A stretch of 64,000 nucleotides of DNA, from positions 62,001-126,000 of the forward strand of contig RDEW01000039.1 of NCBI GenBank assembly GCA_011109175.1. The letters are read 5' to 3'. Made by a program: the position numbers and the translations under genes. Each line of letters starts with the position of its first letter. Positions within the stretch are counted from its first letter, which is position 1. Positions 35,783 to 48,968 of the stretch are shown in pieces. The stretch is from Dicyema japonicum. Lineage: Eukaryota > Animalia > Dicyemida. Under the pieces are notes generated by a model. It was not told the origin of the DNA. It worked only from the letters and a program-made list of their open reading frames with translations, and ran no database searches.

Positions 35783-36624
35783 AAATGAGTATTAATACGT
35801 GTAATATTTTATTTCAATTTAGGTTTTAAAAATAAATATTTAATCGACAAATAAAATTAAAATTTTTGAAAAATTATTTAGAATACTTGTCTACTTTGTG
35901 AACATCACCCATCTATGGTTGAAAGAGAAGTTCGGGATCTTTTTACTTGTCAAGGACCGTCATGACCGGAGTGGATATGCAGGATCTCTGTGAGCGACTT
36001 GACGTGTTAGGAAGTTTATAATTTAATGTTTTCATTTAAAAAAATTAAATTTGTAATATAGAGTTTTTTTTCTTTCATTTAAAAATAAATATTTGGAATA
36101 AATTTATTTCTGTTGAAACTTCTGATAGGTTTTAGTCCATCTGTTAAAATTATTGATTAAAGTCGACATTTTCTCGGTTTTGATGGTCCGGTTCCCTTGC
36201 TCCTTAGACGCTGGAATTTCTGGGTCATTAATTCAACACTTCAATGTTTCGATTTTATTTGTGGTTGAACTGGTAGAGTAGCACTCTGGGGCAAATAGCT
36301 CTAACAGCTGTAGGCATGATATCGCAAACTGGTGGTTTGCTTGCCACGAACGGAAAGAGGGTCATTTAATCCGGTTATTTTACCCTCGGTTTTACACATA
36401 CCGCTGTAGTTCAGAATGGAAACTGTCAGCGTTAAAAACTCTTCCAACTACTTCGATCAAGTTTCTTTGGACGCCCACAAGATACACTCCTGGGATACTT
36501 GATGCTGATCTAAAGTACGTCGAAAGAAAAATGAAATGTAGAGAACATTTGGACGACTTGAAGTTTTACGTGTGTTTATTTAATAATGCATTCAATCATA
36601 TTAACCACCCCACTTTCTATAGAT

Positions 36625-36739
36625 CAGTGTTTCTCAACCTTTTTGTGCATCGCCCCCTATAATAATTATAGTAATGATACAAGGGCTTTACCCTGTGTTT
36701 TTCTGTCGTCTCCCGGACAAATAAAAGTGTGAAACACTG
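36625..36739. mobile_element. 115-bp hAT-type MITE
   Basis: Termini cagtgtttc/gaaacactg with a perfect 8-bp TSD CTATAGAT (36617-36624 and 36740-36747). Confidence 0.85.
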
Positions 36740-37546
36740 CTATAGATAATCCTGTAAGTTCTTTCATCTGAGTCAAATACTTTCTTTGCTCAGAACTTCG
36801 GGTTTCCGCAGTCTTTGAGTCTGTCACCCTGTCCATGCCTGTGAGAAAGAAAACTTATTCAATTTCTAAAAAAGATTGTTCATTTTCAAAGTAGTTTCGT
36901 TCTATAACGTGATTAATTACATAGGTATTCAACTAAATTTGTAAATATTAAACTTTCTGATTTTATGGACCTCCTTTAGACCATAGTCAGAAAAACTGGG
37001 ACAGAGTTCATCTCACTCGAGGTTCTATCTTTACAATAAGATTGCGGAAAGTGCGTTTGATCCAGAGTAGAACGTCAAATCAAGATAAGAAGGCTATTGA
37101 GAGAGGCTAGGATCATCTAATGACCGCGTTTCCTATAACTTAATTGGTGGCTTCTTTGTCTTTAGTAATACTAATCAAATTATGACGATGAGGCAACGTG
37201 AAACTGCGAATGAACAATCTCTTATAAATCAATGTATCAATAAGAGTATGCCTTAATATTGTGTAGGAATCGCAGGTCCTCTATTTGGGAACTAATATCT
37301 AAGACACAACAAATAACCTCTTAGAATAATAAGAACAAAACTCTAACATTGTAATCTACTGTACTAATGACTTTATCTTATTTAAACAGAGAAAATACAA
37401 ATGACGTCCACTCTACTGGAAAAGAGGAGAGGAGGAACATGGTCTTTGATTGTCCACGGAGTTATTTTAATAAGTAAACAATTAAGGTATTCAATGATGC
37501 ATAAAAATATTATTTATTAATTTAAATATTTATGTTGTGATGTGTT

Positions 37547-37863
37547 ATGTTTAGTACATCAAAATCTACCAATTTGATTAGAGTACTTTATAAACCTATA
37601 AGAAGAGCAAATATAGACGTAAAGTATAATCATTTATTACTTCAAGGTGGCTTTATCGGAAATATCCTGAAGATACTGCATCATCAGCCAGGATCGGTAA
37701 AGTTATAATGACATCAATGTGGTGGTGGATACTTCATCAGTTCTACTGGCATCCTGATGCTGTTTATGTATACTATTTGAATTATTGAACCAAGGGTGAA
37801 TTTCCTTACCCCAACCCTAAGGACTGGACGGACGAAGAACTAGGGATCCCACCTGGCTCGTAA
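37547..37863 (+). CDS. NDUFB2: NADH:ubiquinone oxidoreductase subunit B2; introns 37624-37646 (23 nt) and 37768-37794 (27 nt)
   Basis: Spliced ...KWLYRKYPEDTASSARIGKVIMTSMWWWILHQFYWHPDAVYGEFPYPNPKDWTDEELGIPPGS*. Confidence 0.9.
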
Positions 37864-37959
37864 TATGTATACTAACACTAATATTCATGGTTTGATGGTC
37901 ATAGTATAACAATATTCTCTTATGTTAGAATTTTTACTACTAAAAAACTATTAAAAGCA

Positions 37960-38190
37960 TCCCTTCCGTCGTTGGTTGTGTTACCTTCACTTCAACCGCC
38001 ACTAAGAGAGGGAGTAGAACAGTTATGCTAATTAAACACTGGAATCTGGCCAGACATCAAAAGTGTTCTTGACTAAAAGATGTCTTGAAGAAAATTCAAT
38101 TCCACAGTGTAATATCACTGATGATGGCGTCACTCGTCAATCCAAGATACGCTTTCAGTGAAACATCAGAATTCTGTCCTGCAACCGTGA
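37960..38190 (-). mobile_element. Divergent SINE family A copy
   Basis: Core ttgacgagtgacgccatcatcagtgatattacactgtggaa matches 18158-18200; tail ataactgttct. Confidence 0.55.
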
Positions 38191-38639
38191 GTAAATTTAA
38201 CTTTTTTTTAGAATTTTTAAAAATTAATAACTAATTTATGTATTTATTTCGTTAACGAATAGTTTTTATTGAAAAATAAAATAATCATTAACTAATGTGA
38301 TCCTTGAAACTGATCACTAGGGCTATTTTTACTTTAAATTTTTAATGATCCTAGAGTCGGTAGATGGAATGAGAAAATCAGATATTTTTACAGTAGCAGC
38401 TGTGAAATAGTATTAAAATGGTGGAAAGTTGTTTGTTGGGCTTCGCTTTTGAAAACTTTCCTAGGGAGCTCAGATATTAACCTTGATAATCATGTGAGCC
38501 GACAGAGGTTTATCCCCCAATCGTCTTAGAAAAATATTCAATCCGAAACTATCTTCGGGCATCTTGGCACTTATCAAAAACGGGATACCTTGAAGAAAAC
38601 TGGAATACAAAAAATGACTATACATCGTCTATATGCACT

Positions 38640-40030
38640 CTAAATTACAGAATTTCCCAACTAATCCGTGCTAACCACAGTCGAGCCAACTTGTTGGTCG
38701 ACTATGCTACAAAAACTCGTGTGGCAGCTTCTGAAAGACAGAGAAGTGTCTACAGTCTTATAAACGAAGATGGCCAAGGAGTAGAAGCCGTTGTCTCTAA
38801 TGCCTCGGAACCTGCACGGAAACTTGCAAAAAATCTTATGAAATATTATTTGTCGATCAGCCACAAGAATCTCTCTCGCCTCTCTGCACGTCAAACAATG
38901 TGGTCCACAATAGACGTCATATACTGCTTTCTTCACTCACCATGATGTGGAAAAGACTATCAAATTTTTACGACCAATCCGTGCTTGTGGTCCCTGTACT
39001 ATTCACCTCAAGCACCTATGACCTCAGACACATCATGTGTCATCGAGGCTATACAACTATTCTATCTATTCCGACACAATACCAAATATATGGAAGAATT
39101 CACTGGTTACACCAATTCTGGAATATCAAGAGATTCTATTCTCTTACAGCCCTGTTCTCATAACTTGCACCTTGTCAAATGTTTGGAGACTTCAAAATCA
39201 AAGACTACTCCCAAATGGGGTCCCACAGGATTCTCCTTTGTCCTCTCTCTTATTTAACTTATTATTGAACGATTTACTTACTACCAAAGATCAGGACACT
39301 ATGTTTTTATCTTACGAGGATGACCTGATTATCGCTGCAAGGGACAAATCTCCTTCCAGGGCTATGGCGGTGGTTCAGTCATACCTCAACCTAGTGTGTG
39401 ACTGCCTATCCGTGAATTTGTCTGTGTCTGATCCAAGTCTCAGTTCACCCTATTTACTTCGGACAGGAAATTTAAAGGTGGACTTGTGATATTTCTCGGA
39501 AACATCCCCATTCCTTATATGCGAATCTAAAAGATCCTTGGAATGACATTAGACTCTTGAACCAAGGGTCTTTGAAAATGTAATGTCCTAAAAGCTATCA
39601 TAAAGAAAGGTCCCTTCCAACATACTGCTTGTATCAGCAAACTATATCTTCAAGTTACTGTGCCGATGATTGAATATACTGCCTGGAGATTCGCTCTTCC
39701 CTCTTCGAGGATGGAGCGTATAAACTCTCTCAGAGGAAGATCATGAGGCATATACAATCAGACTCCGCATCCGTCCCCAGTCTGCTTTCAGAGAAGGCGA
39801 CGGTGATAAATGACCTGGGCTACCTACGTATCTACAAGGAGCTAGGAAACCCATTCAAAGAAGGGAGGCCCATGCGGAGGAGTTCAGATCGGCAAAGGTG
39901 CACTCCGATAGAATTCCTCTGCAGACATCAAAGAAGACACTTCAGGAATGCAGTTGGATCGCTGGCGGAGCATTCAAGAGAATTCGAGAGATGTTGGAGG
40001 TTGGGATCACTAAATTATTAAATTAATACT
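38640..40030 (+). mobile_element. Internally deleted LINE (family C)
   Basis: TIPNIWKNSLVTPI; GVPQDSPLSSLLFNLLLNDL; SYEDDLII; 3' end gttgggatcactaaattatt. Confidence 0.8.
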
Positions 40031-41424
40031 TTCTTGGTGGGCTTTGGGTTTTAAAAAAAAATAATAAATAATTTAGAATTCCACCGCCCAATTTGGACGA
40101 TATCCCCAAGGTTAAAAACCACTGTTTTGAAAGAAGGTTTTGATTTTTTGTCTGGCTTACCACCATGACTCGACATATGAGTCGGGGATGTTTTGGATCG
40201 TCCTGACTTAGCGGAAAGCCTCTTAATGGTCGCCAGATTTTTACATGTAGTGAAGCTGAGGTAACTCAGCTTCTTTTAAATAATTGATTCCATTCAGTTA
40301 ATCCTCTCTCCCTGTCTGAATCAATCACCTAATTCTTGACCATGTTAATTCCATTTTCTTGTGGAATAAATTCTTCTTCATACGCTATAATCTTCAACGA
40401 TGTGAATGTAAATTTTTCCAGTGAGTAACTTGTGATACGATGTGTCTCTGTTCCAAAGGACTATTACAATTTGGCCAATAACTCCCGGTTCGGTGTTTAT
40501 GAACATGTTGGAGTATTATTTGATTATCAAGAATCAAAATGTGTAGGGACGACAGTTTGGCAATGTTTATGGAAGACATTTTTAATAATTGGCGTTTTTC
40601 TATAATTTTTGTAATTCCAAGTACCACGGTAAAACCGCAGTAACTAATCACATGAACGCCGTTTTCTAGGTAGTTCACTAATAGTTTTGGTGGTAATTAT
40701 TTGTTTAATTTAAACCCGGGTCACCGAGTAGGAAAGATCAAATAAATCCAAACAGTTAGGTGATCACAGTTCCCACAATTAACAGCGCCTTTATTTATTT
40801 ACCTCCGATCCCTTAAGGAAACTGGTGGCTACATGAATGTAACTACCATTGACGGATTTCCCAGAGATCCAAAAGGTTGATCCCGTGCGGAGGAGAACAG
40901 GACATGAGAAAAGGTGATCTCTCGTGGTCATTAAATGTACATGAAAAGCAAAACAATTCCTTCTTGCGTAATTGTACCCACCGCTGCCCGGAGCGCCTCA
41001 TGAAATCGATTGGAGAAGAAAACGTAAAAAAACCATCTTCGACCAGTTTGGCAAAGACATTCAATCTGTCAAAAATTATCAAGAACCTACATATCTTAAA
41101 TCACCTGAATAACGTCTGATTTTAATCTGTGACCTGATGACCCAGTTTTGTGATGAGTTAGAGAATAGCCTTAACTAGGAGAAAATAAAGGCAAGCATAT
41201 GTTTCCATGCTACCTCAACTATAATCAATCTTAGACGAATAATTGCAAAGTTGCATATTTCAGGCAAATTAATTATGTCACATAATCGGGGAGAAAACTG
41301 CCTACATTTGTAGTCTACAGACCCAAATCTCCCACTTACCAAGCAACTGACATGATTTTTAATGGCTACGGGACTAAAATCAAATTTTGTAGGGAAAGCA
41401 AGAATTAATAATATTTGTCCTAAA

Positions 41425-41832
41425 TTACTCAACATTAGGCACTGCGACAGAATATTCCTCAAAGGAGACATTCTCGTACGTCCCATCTGTTAACCACAAA
41501 AGACACTACCTTCCAACCTGTAAGCCATTCCAAGCACTACTGGTTGATGAGAAGGCGCGGTTTTATTGGTAATTCCGTATTCTGCTAGTTTAACCCGGTC
41601 CTCCATAATCTACCACTTTTTATGACCGGTTAACCACTGTGCCGTGAAGTAAGAGGATATTGGAAATTGGCCGTTTGACAATCCCCGATAATATCTTTTT
41701 TAAATAGCTAACAGGTGCATTCGTCGGTGTATCAAGATATATCGAAGTCTTCCCCCGACGAATGACGACATATATATCCAAATGCTACAATGGGTAATAT
41801 TATAAAACCTCAATGTCAAATGAATCCTCCAT
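41425..41832 (-). CDS. ELOB: Elongin B; introns of 24, 25 and 23 nt, 111 aa
   Basis: Spliced MEDSFDIEHLDIYVVIRRGKTSIYLDTPTNAPVSYLKKILSGIVKRPISNILLLHGTVIMEDRVKLAEYGITNKTAPSHQPVVLGMAYRLEDGTYENVSFEEYSVAVPNVE*. Confidence 0.9.
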
Positions 41833-42569
41833 AACAACAAAGTAATTATTATTCAAATTTAATTTATTGATTATTTCGAATATATTAGAATTTAAGAAAT
41901 TAAATCCAATATTATTTTTAATTTAATGGACAAAATTTAAGTGATTTTTTAATTGGCATAACTGTTCTTCTTAAATAAAGTGTGAGTTCTCCCTAAGCTG
42001 AGATGAGCGATGGAAAAATTAATAGTCGTCGTGGAAGGGCTGAAATATTAATTGTTAAATGCTCTATAAGGATCATGGCTGGCAACTCTCCTATATATGC
42101 TGCCCTGATTAAACATGTATACTTTGTGGATACTTTATATATTATAAAAATGAAATAATTTCTAAAATAAAAAATAAAACTTCAGAAAAATTTTATTTTA
42201 TACGTCTGCAATTTCGATATTATTTTAGACCGATAAGGAGAGGTCAAAAATGAGGGAACAGGCATCTTGAAATACTTTTCTTAACAGAATTTAAGTTTTC
42301 TTTGATCTGGAGTGTTTGTAAAGGTATTAGATAAGGGGTCATATAATCAAAACTAGAACCGATGACTTTGTTGATGCCCTTCTGTATTGAGGACAGAAAA
42401 ATTGAAAATCTTCATATCTCACCGAGGTATCTAGCTTAAATCAACGGTATCTATAATACCACCTTTCAAGGCCAACAATTCAACAACTATCCTTGATCCC
42501 ATTTGAAAGCTCACAGGTTTTTATAAAAAAGACAGTCAAGGACAAACAAGTAACATATAAACAAAAAAA

Positions 42570-44830
42570 GTGGACAAGGTAGCTATTCAATTATTCTTAA
42601 TTTCCGCATATATTTCTTGATAGTTACTAAGAATGAAAATTCAATAACCTTTCATTACGATTTTGCACAAATTTACTAATCAGGCTTACAAATTCTTTGA
42701 TTACCCCGTCAGATTACTTACATCTTTCGACGCAGAAAACTCCAATAGTAAATCAAGCAAACCTGTCTCTTTAAAACACGAAGTAAACTTTTTTCCTTCT
42801 CGGAATTTAACTTATCAAAAATGAATCGGAAACTTTCCTATTTATAGAAAATATAAAAGTACAATCGATCTCTTTTCCAGCTGAAAGCAGCCTCTGTTAA
42901 TATAGACATCAGAGATCATGACAGCAAAGAAGGGACCAGACTCAGTAACGTTATTTTAAGCTGTAAAAATTTTTCCGCCTGTTTGACGAGGTCCTCTTTG
43001 TCGGAACTTTTTTTCCGCTAAAACAGTCGAAGCCAAATACTTTTGCCTCCATAGCTTTCTGAATCACATTTGTGATCCGCTTAGCTATCGAATTTAGCAA
43101 GTCCGAGGTTATGTTTGTTGTCTTCGAAACAATTTGTTTATCGCCGGGGGAGGGAACTTTATGCATGAGTGAGATCACATGTTTTAGAGATACAATATCC
43201 AAAATATCTATTTATCAGTAACAGGACTATTCGAGTATAGATTGTCGAGTTTCAAGTTGTCGTTATCAAAAATACGGCATAGAATGTCGTAGGTCATAAA
43301 AAACAAGCTATTCGTGAGAGAATACATAGGTTTCTACCATTTATGCGCTAAACAGACTCTTAGCTGATCAAGAAGATCCTAGAGGACATCCGAATTATGA
43401 ATTTCACTAAAACTACAAATGGGGGTTCACTTCATCCTTTTCTACGTTAATTAACAGGACAACACGACACATGTTTACGGCGAATAGGGCGAGGATGCTG
43501 TTCAGTCAAAAACTCGCAAATTCTAAATTTTTTAAAATAATCACTTTTGTAAAAATTGTTTGTCAAAAATTCCAAAATTGTGTGAGTTTCGTAAAACTTT
43601 GAATTTTTACTAAGAAATGGCCACAGATTTACGCAAATCTTAGTCAAATGACGAAACGCGTTGAATGTATTATTTCTGAGAACTTCACCGTAAAATTACT
43701 TAAAGAAGAATTGAATAACCTATCAACGAGGAATNTGGCCACAGATTTACGCAAATCTCAGTCAAATGACGAAACTCGTTGAAATATTATTTCTGAGAAT
43801 TTCACAGTAAAATTACTTAAAGAAGAATTGAATAACCCGATCAACGAGGGAATCAAATTAGCAATTACGACCTCATCGTTTTGAAGGAGAAATTCAGTTT
43901 CCTGCGACAAAACTTCAATAATATTACAGATGCATTCGACAAACGTGTCGTGATTCCTTTTTCCTACAAAATACACATAGAAAGGGGACCAATCGAAATT
44001 TCCAACTTGCTTTGCTTGTCGAATAGCTGGAATAAAATCCTGCTAAAGTTTATCAGGAAAGATTTATTTAGAATTTTTTCCTTTAAAATCTAAACATAGA
44101 CTCTACAAGCACCTGTGATGTTACCAAGTATATCAGAATCGAACAGCACGAGGTTGCCGACTTGCAGTTCATTGTCTGGGCTGGTGTGGGGGTTTTCTGA
44201 ACATTCGAAATCTCACTCAAAGACTGAATGAGCATTTCTCGAAATATACAGGAATATTACCGCAATATGCCGGGACCGCGTTGACAATCTCATCAAACAN
44301 CTTTAAAATCTAAAAATAAACTCTACAAGCACCTGTGATGTTACCAAGAATATCAGAATCAAACAGCACGGGGTTGCCGACTTGCAATTCATGGTCTGGG
44401 CTGTTGTGGGGGTTTTCTGAACATTCAAAATATACAGGAATATTACCGCAATATGCCGGGACCGCGTTGACAATCTCATCAAACAGAATTCGAAGACTTT
44501 TGTTGAGAAAGGAGAACTTTTTACATTATTGACTTGATTTTCAACTAACGACATAAATCTAATAAATTTTAACGTAAAAATACTTCAATTCACATAAAAC
44601 CCTCAATGCTTCAAAATCTACCTTAAAAATTTGCACCACCAGCAGCAGAACCTTCGCTCTTAGAATAGAACAGGGACGTTCAAGTAATTTCACCAGCAAA
44701 CTCAAAAATTCCTAAAGTTCACGGTGAATATACTTTATCGAAGGAAATTTGCCTTATTCTAGTCGTTGTGAGGAAGCACGTGATTAGACATCTTTGGACT
44801 GATGTTATACTCTGCTGGATTATTTTATTC
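42570..44830 (-). CDS. ULK4: ULK4-like protein, C-terminal HEAT/ARM region only; many mini-introns; the 3' end is approximate
   Basis: EFLSLLVKLLERPCSILRAKVLLL; CNIIEVLSQETEFLLQNDEVVIANLIPSLIGLFNS; LLNSIAKRITNVIQKAMEAKRKKSSDKEDLVKQAEKFL; KEKSLLRVLKR, in the order I recall for the ULK4 C-terminus. Confidence 0.65.
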
Positions 44831-44879
44831 ATTTAATAAATCCGACTCTGTCCAATACAGGTTGGAAGACCTCAAAATA

Positions 44880-45330
44880 AAGTTCTCAACTAACTAAGTG
44901 ATCCCAAAACTACAAAAGAAAGGACGAGTCAGGCGGAGTTGAGAATCCTGTACCGCTTTTCTCATCGAACATGGCATCAGCTCAAACTTTCTGTAAATTC
45001 TTCTGTCCTGGGAGGCAAAAATGATATCGTCGGCGTAGGAAAGGATTAAACTGTTCTCATTACAGGTTTGTGACTTGTCGTTTATGTAGAAGTTTATGAG
45101 TTGCTTCCATTTAGGAATTTCACATGCAAAAACTTCAAGTTCGGATAAATGTTCGTTTCAAATATCTTCTTGGCCTAGCTGCTTCAGTTCACATGTAGTT
45201 ATGTTGTTTGGTCCTCTGGTCTCTGAGTTGTTGCCCTTAGATATGGCTCCGCAGACATCCTGGCTAGTAAAAACAACAGTCATCAGTACGTTTCGGTTCA
45301 ATCTTTTTCACTAATACTTGGTGTTCTTTT
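44880..45330 (-). mobile_element. Internally deleted LINE (family B)
   Basis: DNA homology to 1020-1130, 1570-1800 and 3260-3400. Confidence 0.8.
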
Positions 45331-45429
45331 TAAAACTTAATGTAGGAAATAAATGTATATTTTTTTTATTTTATTTATTAAATAAATGTATATTTTTTTT
45401 AATTTTATTATACACCTAGAAATAAGTTA

Positions 45430-45810
45430 AAGGAAACAACTAATTAAGTGTATCCAGTTTCCAAACTCGCAGTTTTGGAAACCCCTCCAGTGGAGTGGAA
45501 GAGAGCAAATGATCCTTTTTCGTGCCGGCCTGGCACTGGACGCCACCAAGAAAGGTGGATTACACGACTCCACTCTAATAGGAAGAGAGAGGAGGAACAG
45601 ACGAACAAACAGAAACTTCAACCGNGTTTCCAGACTCGCAGTTTTGGAAACCCCTCCAGTGGAGTGGAAGAGAGCAAATGATCCGGCCTGGCACTGGACG
45701 CCACCAGGAAAGGTGGATTACACGACTCCACTCTAATAGGAAGAGAGAGGAGGAACAGACGAACAAACAGAAACTTCAACCGATTAGCCACGAAGCACCA
45801 AGCGGCTAAA
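45430..45810 (-). mobile_element. SINE family B copy (with an N-joined internal duplication)
   Basis: Homologous end to end with 12754-13002. Confidence 0.7.
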
Positions 45811-45884
45811 ATTTTAACAGACCGTCGGGTTGGATGTAGACTTCTACAATATGTGCAAAGCAGACAATATATGTTAGTTAGTTA

Positions 45885-46440
45885 AGTAACCCCGGCCTCA
45901 CTAACTTGAAGGAGACCAGCAGCTATTAAGAAGGAAGCAGCAGATGTTGGTCGCTCCCATAGATCGTTCAGTCTCGGTATTGTAGAGGAAAGTTCTGCCA
46001 ATTCATAACATTGAAATAGGTGGCTTGTTGTCAACACCTGAGGAGACCAGCAGCTATTAAGAAGGAAGCAGCAGATGTTGGTCGCTCCCATAGATCGTTC
46101 AGTCTCGGTATTGTAGAGGAAAGTTCTGCCAATTCATAACATTGAAATAGATGGCTTGTTGTCAACACCTGGAGGTTGCAAAAAAAACAGAAGATATCGT
46201 ATGTTGCAGATATGAGTAATGCCCACATCGTAGACGAACCAGGTTTACTCGGACGTCCCTCGGAAGAGAGGATTCTAATTGGTCTATTGGAAGAAGGAGT
46301 CGCTGTAGTATTTTATTGTCTCCAAATATTTGAATGCTTATCGTAAAAACAAAATCGTGCATCTGCTTCAGCCGACTCCTGTCATTGGGGCTGGAAAAGA
46401 TGGATGATTGCATTCGAGAAAGGTCACTGGTTGTCATAAT
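45885..46440 (-). mobile_element. Ingi/Vingi-like LINE C-terminal/3' end
   Basis: LPRDVRVNLVRLRCGHYSYL...TTSHLFQC...NDLWERPTSAASFL. Confidence 0.75.
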
Positions 46441-46559
46441 AATTTTTCTTTTGGTTTGATGTTTGCATAGAGAGTGGGAGAGATGTTCTACAATAAATGT
46501 AAAATTAATAAAAACTATGTTAAATTAATATTATAAGATTTAAACCCACTTAATTTAAC

Positions 46560-48420
46560 CAACAATAAAAAGTTAATATTTAATAATCAACATCCTTCCT
46601 CGCTTGCATGTTCGCCAGGCTCCTCAGGCAGGTTCGATTTTGGTTGCTGAAACAACTCCGAGAGCGCCTTGTCCAGTTGAACCATCTGCCCATGTGGCAT
46701 CTCCGGGCTCTGCCTTATATACTCCAGTGTCATGTTCTCTAGGGTCTGCTGTAATACAGTGGACTGTAGATAGGCCTGGAGCTTTCTATCTACCCCCAAC
46801 TGCTTCAGATAACTCTTGTGTTACTTTGTTGCAATTTCTTCCCACGTCATTACTATAGGAATAACGAGGACCTTGCAACCAAGTATCCGCCACATCTCGT
46901 TTGCAAGAAAGTCATACTTCTTTTTTTCTCCACCTCCACAGTCTGCAAACGGTCTTGAGACGTGATGCCAATTTCTATGATAAGGACTTGGCCAGACTCC
47001 TTATCGTGTACCACAATGTCCGGTTTATTGTGCTTGACTAGCACCGAGGTACGGATAACACTGTCCACCTTAATTTGGACCCTGGTGTTCTCTACTACAG
47101 ATTGCACCTTATGAGTCGCGAATACCATACTTATTGCATAGTAGAAGATGAAGACTCCTTACTACCTCGTTGTGCCTCCACACATAGTCGTGGCAGAGCA
47201 TGGATCCACATCGAGTGGCTAAATGATCAACCGACATGCTCCTTGACTTACAGTGGGGACATGTATTTGTTGATCGACCCCAAAAAATATTGCGGTCTTG
47301 CATATACGTGTACAACGCCTCCGATCGAGGTGAGTTGTCACCGTATTTTAGCCATATTGTCGACGACTTAAGGTCGACATGTGGGTTGTCCAATGTTCTG
47401 AAGAAGACCCTATGAAGGCTTTTTAAGTTGATCTTTTCCATTAAATTATTATATTGTAATTCGATCAACGCCTTCAAATTTACTAGCCCACCATCATCAA
47501 CACCATATTTAACAGACAAAAAAGGTCTGATAGTGCCTAGGTGGGTTTCCCGTGTTTTCTTGGTCGTTATTATGACGTGCTTTCTAGCAGACACACTTGA
47601 CCCAGCTATCAGGGTGTCGTGCATTCGCATTAGGATACGGTCACTTATTTGGACTACTCCACACAGTCCACGGCCGAATTTATCACGGGGTAAATATAGT
47701 ATCTTTTGATTGGCAGCTAGCACATGGACATGGTTCTCTCTGAGTACTCCACGATCATAACATCCATCTCATCATACTCTTTGGGCTCTAACTCCACAAC
47801 ACCTATGTAGTAGTTTAGCAGCGAGACAGCATACTCATTTAATGCTAGGAACAAATTCCTTGCATTTAGAGTCGTCTTACACAATAATGCTGCTCTTTTA
47901 CGGATGCCTTCAGTAATTTGTCGCTTTGTCTCAGGCATTATAAGGGACTTTAGAGATTCGGTAACACCCAGATACTTATATCCTTCGTGTTCCTCTAGGA
48001 CTCTTACTAACTCGCTACATACTTGCGTGTTAGTCGCAGACTTTGAATAATTCAAATCTAATAGTCCTATACTCTCAAAGAATTCCCTGGCACAGACCCC
48101 CATGGAGTAGAGCTACTCGGCTGTTCGGGCATACATTTCCAGGTCATCGATAAAAAAATGATTTGTATTGAAACAAACTCCCTCACAATGAACTGGTATT
48201 TGCTCAAACTGGTCATTGAGGCGGCGACTCAATGGCTCCAAACAGAAAACAAAGAGCAGTAGAGACATGCTATCCCCCTAAAGGATCCCCATTAGCCACC
48301 AATTTGGTCATCAGTTTATACAGATTATCAGTCAATGATCTGCAGCAGACTGAGGGTTGTCCAGCTTTGGGATCGAATAAGTTGTCCCTGTGCAGGTCCA
48401 ATCAGGTATCGTTAAATTAA
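46560..48420 (-). mobile_element. R4/Dong-clade non-LTR retrotransposon (RT C-half, CCHC, REL)
   Basis: LFVFCLEPLSRRLN, FIDDL, YKYLGVTE, LYLPRDKFGRGL, CPHC...HLATRC...RHNEV, HNKPDIVVHDK...IIEIGIT...EVEKKR. Confidence 0.9.
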
Positions 48421-48494
48421 TATAATTTTATTTTATTATTATTTATTAATAATTAAATAAATGTTTAAATTATCGATTTATTGATTTTGCGGTT

Positions 48495-48968
48495 ATGGTT
48501 AAGTCTCTACTTCACAAATTTATTCACAAATTATTATCAGAAAACAATCCCTGTGTGAAATGGGTAGCATTTAATACATTTGAAATAGCAAACATTAATG
48601 AATTATCCAGATTGTGGGGAATAGAAAAGTCAAACCCAACAATGAATGTGGACAAACTAAGCAGGTCCCTTAGAACATATTATAATGACCCCGCAATTCT
48701 GAAGAGAGTCAGAAAAAACACATATCAATTTATTGTCGACTCTGTTAATCCACGAAATGAAGGGATAAAAGAAATGGTTGACTTAAATCCTTATTTTGAA
48801 AGAGTAAATGATAATTTTGATGCAATGTTTGGAAGAGTGGAGCAAATTTATCCCCCAATGTACAACACCGACGTAATTTATGACAAAATATCTGACTTTG
48901 ATTATTGGGCTTATAATGACTGGTATGCCCCCTTCTACTATGATCCATATTATTATGATTATTATTAA
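48495..48968 (+). CDS. Divergent intronless ETS-domain transcription factor (157 aa)
   Basis: LHKFIHKLL...CVKWV...LSRLWGIEKSNPTMNVDKLSRSLRTYY...TYQF. Confidence 0.95.
   Translation: MVKSLLHKFIHKLLSENNPCVKWVAFNTFEIANINELSRLWGIEKSNPTMNVDKLSRSLRTYYNDPAILKRVRKNTYQFIVDSVNPRNEGIKEMVDLNPYFERVNDNFDAMFGRVEQIYPPMYNTDVIYDKISDFDYWAYNDWYAPFYYDPYYYDYY

Noticed and set aside
38095-38175. CTGATGA...GAAAC hammerhead-like motif on the antisense of the SINE A core (also near 19285)
   Set aside because: No stem II closing pair, no NUH site, and the core is not conserved in the 18180 copy (ctaatga)
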